This document shows, in pieces, positions 25,920 to 64,000 of a stretch of DNA of 64,000 nucleotides. The notes under the pieces were generated by a model. It saw nothing but the letters and a program-made list of their open reading frames with translations. It did no database searches and was not told the DNA's origin. The stretch is from Podarcis melisellensis (lineage: Eukaryota), in assembly GCA_964234715.1 (NCBI GenBank), contig OZ174278.1; one strand, 5' to 3'. The translations under genes and the position numbers were made by a program. Every line of letters begins with the position of its first letter. Position 1 is the first letter of the stretch.

Positions 25920-25957
25920 TTTACAGACACATACACCTTGTATTAAAAACATTTAAT
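25920..25957 (-). terminator. Candidate polyadenylation signal for ABCC13
   Basis: Minus-strand ATTAAA at 25952-25957, ~110 nt after the stop, followed by GT-rich GGTGTATGTGTCTGT. Confidence 0.4.
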
Positions 25958-26065
25958 ATTGGCAACACAGTTCATTTTTAATTTTCTTTTTAAAAAATTC
26001 CTATAAAATGAAGTAATTATTGATATAATTCTTGTAGAAGAATTCAGGAAAATAATAAGCACTGT

Positions 26066-54730
<28,665 letters not shown>

Positions 54731-56381
54731 ATCCCCGGCTGATCCCGCAGGCTCAGCGCCCGTCGTCCCTAGCGCAGCTTCAGCAACAGATGTTTTCCGC
54801 TTAGCAGCAGCAGCCCCCCCGGACGACGACTGCATCGACAGGCTCGGCTCCTCCGATCGGAAGCGAAAGGAACCAATCTAGCCGCCGGCGGCAAATCGGG
54901 GGCGGAGCTCCCGAACTCAGCCGCCCGGAGACAGCGTTGAATAGAAAGGTGAATGGGGAGATGCGCGATTTATCGCCAAAGCAAAAGTCCTGACGTCCAC
55001 GCCCGCGCGCGTCAGAAGTGATTGCTTCTGATGGCGGGGGAACAGTACACGCCTTTTCCCTTGCTTCCAAGGCGTTAGGACACCGCCGTGAAGTGAAGTA
55101 AGAGCGAGAGACGGCGATCAGAGATAAAGAAACCTGTGACACTCCAGATGTGGACCAGGAGGTCCACGGGTTCTTCGCCCCTGACTAGACTAAGATCTGC
55201 TTTTGCCACCTGGGGTTATTCATCCCCCCAGCGCTTTCAGAGTTTATTTGTGATTTACCCAGGACTCAGAAATTATACTACCTTGCTTAAGACTGGACTG
55301 ATTTTCCTAAAGAGTATCCGCTGTTTTAATATGGAAATCATATAGAATCATCATAGGAGCCTATGCATGCCGGAACACCTTGCCCTGTTTCCCACAGAAC
55401 TGGACATGTTAGAACCTATGCTTCCAAAAGATAGCCAGCAAGCTTCTGGATCCTTCCCTTCAGGCTAGCTTACTGCAATAAGTTCATCTAGCTTTTCTTT
55501 TTTATTGTTTCCCAGGCAGATGCCAAGAAACCAGCACAACCTGTTTATGAATACGTGGTTGCACATCACCAACATTGGTCAGTGGAATAGTCCCTCCCAA
55601 TGCAAAGAGCAAGGTGAAATTTTAATTCAAATTGTGGGAGGGTTAAACTCCCCCTACACCCACCACAGTTCCAATCCTGCTTGGCCTTAATGGTACTTAT
55701 CACCATTTAAAAAACTGAATATGTGCATATTAAATGCAGCAACATTTTTAACGTTTCTATGAATTGGTGTGTAGGAACTTCAGAATTCTTCCTACCAAGA
55801 ATATTATTGATGACTAGAAATGCACTGATCAGCCAGGAGGCAGATAAGGATTGTTTCCCCGCCTCCCCTCACAAGTAATACTTAACATGCACATGGGGAT
55901 AAAGTGGGAGGGATAGCTCTCCCAAAGTTGTAGTGTTTCTGACCATCGTCTGTAATGAAGCTCTGTGGAATATATGTATATGGCACTTGGAAGGTCAGGA
56001 CTTCCAATATACAGTATGTCATTTCTACAAGAGAAGGCATTTCCTTGTAACAGTGCAATTGAATACAACCTGTGATGTGATTCACAGAAAGCTGCATGTA
56101 CTGTACACAACTTGATTTCTACACATAACTGCATGGAACCAGCAGGTGTATGAACTGACGTCATAGAAAAACACTGTATGTAACGTGATAAAAGTATGAA
56201 TGTAAATGCGTGACTGACTCCAGATTGTAACTGAAATATTAAGAATAACTGAGTTTCTGTTAGTAATAGAAAAGTAACCAATTGTTCTCTCTCGTCAGTT
56301 TTACAGGAATAAGACATATCTGCATAGGTCATGAAATGGAAATATCTTGCAAAACATCAAAAGCAGGTTTTAGCAATAAGC

Positions 56382-56387
56382 TTTATT
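56382..56387 (-). terminator. Candidate polyadenylation signal for RBM11
   Basis: Minus-strand AATAAA about 1.05 kb downstream of the RBM11 stop codon. Confidence 0.35.
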
Positions 56388-57435
56388 GTTTACCTTCATC
56401 ACATTGTGACATCGTATGAAAATTCAAGCCTTTCAACATTTGCATGTGCGAAAGAACTTAACCAATAATGTGTGCCTATATATACTCTGCAATCCAGAAT
56501 TGCAAGGCTAGTCCCTTGAATTCACAAACAACTTTGCAAGCAAGGCATATCTTCAGAGAAAAATTACTTCATTCTCATATCTCCTTCAAATAGCAGCCAG
56601 CAATATTCTTACAGTAGTTGTGTCCCTTGTATATATGGATTTGGCATTCTTTTCATAAATATATTTACTCAGAATGAAATCCTTCTGGTTCCAATACAGT
56701 TCTTGGATTTCCAAGTGAGACTGCAATCATATTGCACTTATTTGGGAGTAAATCCCACAGAATTTTGTGGCACTAGATCCTCAAGCTGAATCAAACTGCA
56801 GCCTTAAAGCCAACTCAAACATGCAGAAATAACAAGTGCTATGACCCTTTTGAACCAGTAAGTGAGCAGTTATATATATGTATGTTTCTCCACATTAACA
56901 ACAAACAAACAACTTCCACAAGGAAAGCTAGCATAGTTGAGAGAAGTGCTTAATTTAAGTCTAAACCTAACATGTTAGATTTCCATGTACACAAGTATTT
57001 TGTTTCATTTACATGTTTGAATGCCCCACTCTCCACCATGATGTGGGAAAGCTGAAAAGGGTAACTCCACATGCTATTTATGCATTTCCAGTTGGCTGAA
57101 CTCCTGCAGCCATGTAAGGAATCACAAGGACCAAAAACTATATAAACAGTTTTGAATAACTGCAAGCTAGGCTAAAGACAGCCACTCTTTACTGTGGACA
57201 AAGTTACTAGATGAGATTAAAATGCTTTGTATATTCTTTTCTGTGAAGTAGTAAGGTGATTTTTAAAAAATCCAAAAAATGCTATTTCTCCCTTTTAAGC
57301 AGAGTGTAACTTCTATAATACTTTACCTTAAACCATTATAAATAATCTTATATACCACAATAGCCATGTCATATTTCTTAGTAGGGTGCAAATAGGCACT
57401 ATGTAGTCAACCCCATTGTACACATATTTACGTCC

Positions 57436-60400
57436 TTATAGTTTTGTTGACTTTCTTTTTGTTTTTTTCCTATCATTTCCCACACTACTATCACTGTCAC
57501 TAGTTTCCTGAGACCTTTTCCTTTTAGATGAACCTTCCTTAACCAGATACTGTGTGTGGTTCTTTGGCTCTGGGTACACACATTCAAAAGAGGTTTGTCC
57601 TGGATTCAGATAGGCTGGAAAAGGAAAACTTGGAAACGATGGTGGTGATGCCATCTGATAGCAAGGAAATTGCTGTCCCATTGGATTATAAGGGGTATAT
57701 TGGTGTGCTAAGAAACACGTCATCTAGAAAATAGAAGGTAAATTAATATTTTAAAGTTTGGAAGAGAATTGCTGCATTAGTTCTAGAGAATGAAAGGTAC
57801 TGGACATGCTGGACAAGCTTTGATTTACACTAGTCCTTTATCAGGTAGACTGTAAAAATCAAGTAATTCTTACACACATGCGTTGGTTATAGATATGAAG
57901 TTTGGCATGACTGGTCTGCTCCTAAAACCATTTCCAGTTCAAGCATGACACACTAATGTATAAGGTTTTTAAAGGGGGTCTTAACATGAAATAGACACAG
58001 AAATTACGTGAGGCAGACATGCCAATGTAAGCAATGAAAGAATGTCTCCATCTCATTTATATCATTGATGTTCACAACTATAGGCTGATAGATTATTGGA
58101 ATTTGTCACAGTGCTGTCCTAGCCTAGAATGCTTTATATTGGAAGTGCTGAGGACATAAATGTGTGTGTGGTGTGTGTGTGTGTTTTGTTTGTTTGTTTT
58201 GAAGAAAGGCAAATTTTGCTGTAGCTCAGCATGACCAGCAAAGTGGTTACAAACTCATTGGCCTGGATCTACCAGACATGGCTAGGCAATAGCCTAGTAC
58301 AATGAGTTTTGTTGCAGAGTCCAGTCAATTTCTGTTTCCGGAAGGATGTTGGCACAGCTGGCAGAGAGGGGCAGATTGCCAGCTATAATCTTGGCTTCAC
58401 TAAGCGGCTGCACAGGTATGGGTGCAGGTTCATAACTAAAGCCATAGCATGGGAAAGGGGGAAAGAGTTTCCACAAGTTGTGTGTTTGGCAGTCCCCCCT
58501 TCCATTACACATCCTATAAAGTGTCTCTACACTATCTATTGTTGTGATAGATTTGTGATCATTATGTCAATCTTACCATGTTCTGAAAGGCAGAATAATC
58601 CTGTGGTGGGCTATTATTCACCTGAAAAGGACTTAGAGGTAATGGAGTACCACCATAAGGCTCTAAATTCCTATAAAAAGAGCAAATAGGGAGATATGGT
58701 GAGTGAATGCTAATGTATTATTTCAATGCATACATATATAGGTGTGATTCGGGGCTCTTTACAACACAACCCTTTGCATGTCCAGCAGGATTTACTCCCA
58801 GATAAATTTGTACAGATTTGAAGCCAGCAGAGCAACCCAGCCCTGCCCATCTCTGCCAGTCTCCACTGTCAGGGAGGAGTGGTCAGCTGAACCTGCCCAA
58901 ATGACAACTGCTACAATGGGGGCAGGGCCAGCACAGAATTTGCTGGATCCTGTGTGGACCCCACTGCCACAATGGGATATGGACCTCTTCATTGTGACAG
59001 CCTGGGAGCATTCTGTCTTTTTTTTTAAAATATTTTTTATTAAGGATTTTCTTGTTTTACAGAAGTGTAGTGCCTCGTATTTTTTTTCTTCTTCTTCCAT
59101 GTAGCGTTTTTACAAATCTGTTTCATTTGTTGAGGCATTAGGGGGAGAAGAAAAAAGAAAGAAAAAAGAAAGGGGGTGGAGAGAGGGAAGATGGATGGGG
59201 GTGGGGTCGGGTGGCGGTGTTTCTATTATGTTTAATGTATGTAGAGTTTGGTGTCAGCGTTGCTTGTGTTGTTCACTTGTGTTCCTTTGGTGGTGAGAGA
59301 GGTTGGGGTTGGCCTAGGGTGTGATTGTTTGCTTGTGATTGGCTGTGGTGATCTTTGTTTTCGTGTGTGAGTGAGGTGGGTGTGTGTTTTGGATCAGGTT
59401 AGGCATATTGATTTGTATGCTGTTGGTGGATTATTGTCATTGTCCTGTTGGGCTGTGTATGTGATAAAGGGGAGCCATACCCTCCCACTCTTTCTTGCCC
59501 CTCCCAGCTTAAACTTTGTGGCTGCAGACGCAGCACTCACTGTACTGCTCCATCAGGCCCTGTTACTGAGAGCCAGGGGATAGAACTGGAGTCTATGTCA
59601 GCTTATAGAACTTCTTATCCCTTCAGATGGGAATATACAAAGGCTGTGATTCTTACATACTTACCTGGGAATAAATCCCATAGTAGAATTTACAAGGAAG
59701 TAAACATAGGATAGGCTGAACATTATACATAATTTAGGAACTACGGTAATTCAGAATGCAAAAATGATTGGATTATTGCTTTAGGGAGCTAAAATTGATA
59801 TGGCACTAGAAGGGAGTGGGAAACTGAACATTTTGGAAGATTAGTCTATACTTTCAGTGCACATATACCACATAATATTGGGAATGAGAACAGAGGTTGT
59901 GTCTAAACTAAACTCCATGATATTTTTATACTAGAGAAAAGCCATTACCTGTGTATTGATGACTGTATATCATGTTCCACATTCTGGCAATGACTGATTA
60001 ACTCTACACAGTGGGAACTCCCTATGAATGGAATAATAATAATTTTGAAAATGATTAAAATTGGTCTAGTCAAGAGTTGATTTCATTTTTTTCTGAATGC
60101 TTAACATACTTTACAATATAGAAATGATGTCCAATATAGAAACAAAATTCAGCAATCATACTATAATTAGTTTATTGTAAACACCTATTAAAATTAAAAC
60201 CAAGTGCATAACCTATCCAATACCAAGCTACAATTTCCACCCATCTCCAAAAACCCAAAGTCGAATTTACTTTTATGCAAACTTTTTAAATGGAAAATAA
60301 TTTCATTTTGGAGCACATTATTCAGTAGTTAATATGGGAAACATTATTATCATAGCAAGCCCCAATGGTAATTTCTTTATTGGTCTCCAAGAATCGGGGT

Positions 60401-62047
60401 AATATTCAGGCTATACTCAAGAGCAGACCCACTGAATACAGTGGTACCGCAGGTTAAGAACTTAATTCATTCTGGAGGTCTGTTCCTAACCTGAAACTGT
60501 TCTTAAACTGAGGTACCACTTTAGCTAATGGGGCCTCCCGCTGCCGCCACGCTGCCGCTGTGTGATTTCTGTTCTCATCATGAAGCAAACTTCTTAACTC
60601 AAGGTACTATTTCTGGGTTAGCGGAATCTGTAACCTGAAGTGTCTGTAACCTGAAGCGTCTGTAACCCGAGGTACCATTGTATACTTAAATGTCTGTTGC
60701 TTCCAGTGGTTCTCTGATTATGACTGAGACTGCAAACCCAACTCCACTTACTGGGGAATAAGCCCCATTGAATTTGATGGGACTCGCTTTTTAGTCATGG
60801 CTAGGGCTGCAGCTTTAGTTGGATCCCTATGAATAATAATAATTAAAAATAATTTATTATCTATACCCCGCCCATCCGTCTAGGTTTCCCCAGCCACTCT
60901 GGGCAGCTCCCAACAGATTAAAAACAGAATAAAACATCAAATATTAAAAACTTCCCTAAACAATTAAAAAAGTGGGTTCTAGACTAGTTTTTTTTCTCAA
61001 ACGGCAGTCTTTAATAGCATATGGCAGACTGCTATTGAAATGACTGAAAGGTTCAAAAACAGTTAATGATTTATCATGTTGCCCAGATAAGTTCAAAGAA
61101 CAAATATTGCAAGTTTTCCCAGGCTAAAGCACAAGGTCCTTGTGTGAAACCAAGACGTTATGTGGATCCTGGCCAAGGTAAGTTTCTGAATAACTGTGAT
61201 TCATTGATATATTTCAACTTGCAAGTGGTCATGAAGACTCACTGGAGATTATCAGTGATAAAAAAGTATTTGCAGATTATAACATAACAGGCTCACAACT
61301 CTTCAAGGAAAAACTAGATTACTAACTTATAATATTGGTAGCCACTACATATTTCAAGTTTTCTATTGAAAAAAAAATGGAAAAATTACAGCATAGTTTT
61401 GCCAGAAAGATTACAGAACAATGTTGCATCTAACCTTCTACATGGACATAATAGAGGGAGGGGGGAGTTTTGTACAAAGACATTTTGAAAGTCTGAACTA
61501 AAGGAATTTGAAAAAGACCAGCAGTTTCAAGTGAACACATTACAATGTTGTACTCTGCTAGGACGGTAACAAAGTACAGACTGTAAAATAATAATATATT
61601 TTGTAAGATTTGGCTCTCATTTATTGATTCCCAAAATAATATATCTATTACCTGATCACATTTTTATTGTGATAAACTCAGGATTTTTTTTCTACCTTCT
61701 TGCAAAAGTGGGATGTCTTAAAGGGTAAAAATGCAATATACCAATTAGTTTGAGAATTTTTATACTCTCAGAATTGTTTTTTTAATGCATTAAATATCCA
61801 CTAACAATCACTTTTCACGTCAGGATTGTGCATTATATGCCCAGGTTTTGTAAAAAAAAATTGTTGGCAGGTAGCTAAACCTACCAAACCGATATTGCAC
61901 TTTAATTGGTCTTCCGTATAAACGAATCCCATTCAGCAAAGCTATGGCATAAGGCACTGACTCTGTGTGTTTAAAGCAGACAAATCCAAAAGTCTTGGGT
62001 TTTCCATCTTTGTCCTTGCATATGGTCACTTTGGTTACCGGTCCAGC
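57436..62047 (-). CDS. RBM11: RNA-binding motif protein 11, partial (exons 2-5; exon 1 beyond window end); join complement(61885..62047,59949..60021,58577..58670,57436..57723)
   Basis: RRM segment AGPVTKVTICKDKDGKPKTFGFVCFKHTESVPYAIALLNGIRLYGRPIKVQYRFG (163-nt exon). It is followed by 73- and 94-nt exons in matching phases and a terminal exon with KRKRSQETSDSDSS. Synteny next to ABCC13 favours RBM11 over the paralog RBM7. Confidence 0.9.
59018..59482 (-). mobile_element. L1/Tx1-like LINE 3' end in RBM11 intron 3
   Basis: Minus strand reads VWLPFITYTAQQDNDNNPPTAYKSICLT*, then a CA-rich 3' UTR, AATAAA and an A-rich tail. Composition differs sharply from the flanks. Confidence 0.55.
60439..60680. 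mobile_element. Tc1/mariner-type MITE, family B (opposite orientation)
   Basis: TA-CAGTGGTACC...GAGGTACCATTG-TA, with repeated TAACCTGAAG. Confidence 0.8.
60830..60960 (-). mobile_element. Same L2-type LINE, terminal 3' UTR fragment
   Basis: TATACCCCGCCCATC..TTTCCCCAGCCACTCTGGGC shared with the 43063 copy and a short copy at 4224-4270. Confidence 0.7.
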
Positions 62048-62477
62048 CTGCAAGAAACTTAAGCATTACTTTCTCATAAATCCCAGGAAGGAAACAGCTG
62101 TTTGTTTGCTGATTCTAAGGCTTGCTGGACCAAAAGTCGAAAAAAAGGTATATAATATTGGCTACCAGCTATTTCAGCATTGCAACAAACACATGCCATT
62201 ATGCTGTAATTTTACTTTAATATACAAAGATTTCCATGACATATTCAAAGTCTGCATATCTCATATTCATACATTTTATTCTATTTAGCATATCAATCCA
62301 ATTCACATGGACTGTGGCAACTAGCAAAGCACTTAAGGATTTTTTTGGGATATATGTAGGCAGCCCAAAATATAATAAATTGTTGTTGTTATTTCTCACC
62401 CACCTTTCACCATAAGGTCTCTGAGCCCTACAGCACTTTTAAAATGCAATATTAACACTATTGTAAACCTGTTACCA

Positions 62478-62842
62478 GGGGTGCAGGTGGCACTGTGGTC
62501 TAAACCACAGAGCCTAGGGCTTGCTGATCGGAAGGTCATTGGTTCAAATCCCTGCGACGGGGTGAGCTCCCATTGCTCAGTCCCTGCTCCTACCAACCTA
62601 GCAGTTCGAAAGCACGTCAAAGTGCAAGTACATAAATAGGCAACACTCCGGCGGGAAGGTAAACGGCGTTTCCGTGAGCTGCTCTGATTCACCAGAAGCA
62701 GCTTAGTCATGTTGGCCACATGACCCAGAAGCTGTCTGCGGACAAACGCCGGCTCCCTCGGCCAGTAAAGTGAGATGAGCGCCGCAACCCAGAGTTGTCC
62801 ACAAGTGGACTTTTAATGGTCAGGGGTCCCTTTACCCTTTAC
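62478..62842 (+). mobile_element. Sauria SINE, full length (variant with extra CTGCGGACAA-like segment)
   Basis: Colinear with the other copies; located in RBM11 intron 1. Confidence 0.88.
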
Positions 62843-62869
62843 AGTCAAGAGAATAAGGTGGGTCCTCTA

Positions 62870-63240
62870 TATATAAATCTCAGGTGTAAAGAGGTGTGTC
62901 TTCAGCATAACTACATAATGAAGGTGCCCTTCCTTTGGGGGGAGGGAATCCCACAGCATAGGGACTGTCAGAGGGAGTGCCCTGTTCAAGGCTGCCATTC
63001 CGTGAACTTCTGAGGCTGGTGAAAATACCAAGAGGGCTCCGTCTGCTGATCTTAATGCCCAAGAAGACCTGTAGAGAAAGAAGCAGTCTTTCAAATATTT
63101 GGGGATTAAATCATTCAGGGATTTAAACACTAATGTGAGCACAATGAACTGGGCCTAGAAATGAACTGGAAACCAGTACATGTGGTTTAGAACAGGAGTT
63201 ACATGAACTCTACACATCTGGCTGTTCATTTTGGAGCAGT
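62870..63240 (-). mobile_element. Older L2-type LINE fragment
   Basis: Degenerate ORF2 C-terminus LVFKSLNDLIPKYLKD..LRSADGALL..LWDSLP. Confidence 0.6.
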
Positions 63241-63736
63241 TGAAATTTGATTGCTGTACATGAGTTATACAGTACAAACAACAAGGAAGTGTAAAACTGT
63301 AGAAGGATCTACAGGTAAATATAAGAGCTATCCAAGAAGAGATTGAACCAATTGTTGGCTAATAGACTGTATGTATCTTGATCTTCTTTTTCTGTGCTAG
63401 ATTAGCAAGGCAAATAAGATGAAGAAATTCTGACACTCTTCAAATGAGCAGAAGTTCTTGTCAGGCAGAGATGAGTCTACAGCCCAAAGAGCAGAATGAT
63501 TAATCAGGCTTTTTATTTGTGTGTGTAATCCTGTTCACATTTACTCCTCAGGCTTTATATGAAATCCAGCAGAATGCCCATGTGAGAACAGGTTTCCCAC
63601 AAGCATCTGGTTGGCCACTGTGAGAACAAGATGTTTGATTCGATTGGCCATTGGTCTGATACCGCAGACTGTTCTTATGTTCTTACTATAAACAGACAGT
63701 GTTCCTTCTTTTAACTGCTGTGTATACTGGTAAAAT

Positions 63737-64000
63737 GGGGATGCGGGTGGCGCTGTGGGTTAAACCACAGAGCCTAGGACTTGCCGATCAGAAGGTCAGC
63801 AGTTCAAATCCCCGCAACAGGGTGAACACCCGTTGTTTGGTCCCAGCTCCTGCCAACCTAGCAGTTCAAAAGCACCTCAAAGTCCAAGTAGATAAATAGG
63901 TACCGCTTCAGCGGGAAGGTAAACGGCGTTTCCGTGCGCTGCTCTGGTTCACCAGAAGTGGCTTAGTCATGCTGGCCACATGACCCGGAAGCTGTATGCC
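63737..64000 (+). mobile_element. Sauria SINE, cut by the window end
   Basis: Same head and body as the other copies. Confidence 0.88.

Noticed and set aside
57436-57450. RBM11 terminal STKL as a peroxisomal PTS1
   Set aside because: TKL is non-canonical, the protein is a nuclear splicing factor, and the frame here is uncertain.

Overview
Vertebrate genomic DNA, most likely a lacertid lizard (inferred from Sauria-SINE, BovB, L2, CR1 and MITE content). Three spliced genes can be rebuilt by hand with canonical GT-AG junctions and consistent phases. (1) HSPA13/STCH, + strand, 5 coding exons, 16307-21310, 475 aa, with a CpG-island promoter. (2) A complete, uninterrupted ABCC13-type MRP transporter, - strand, 28 coding exons, 54730-26066, about 1294 aa, with no TMD0 domain. 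(3) Exons 2-5 of RBM11, - strand, 62047-57436; exon 1 lies beyond the window. The order RBM11-ABCC13-HSPA13 matches human 21q11.2, where ABCC13 is a pseudogene. The first ~15 kb is intergenic and repeat-rich. The main candidate is the intact ABCC13, an orphan transporter with a candidate N-terminal YxxPhi sorting motif, a C-terminal PDZ-type tail and a remodelled MRP1-like substrate pocket. I found no prokaryote-type system and no unexplained long ORF. Comparisons with human proteins and exon sizes are from memory and need alignment to confirm.
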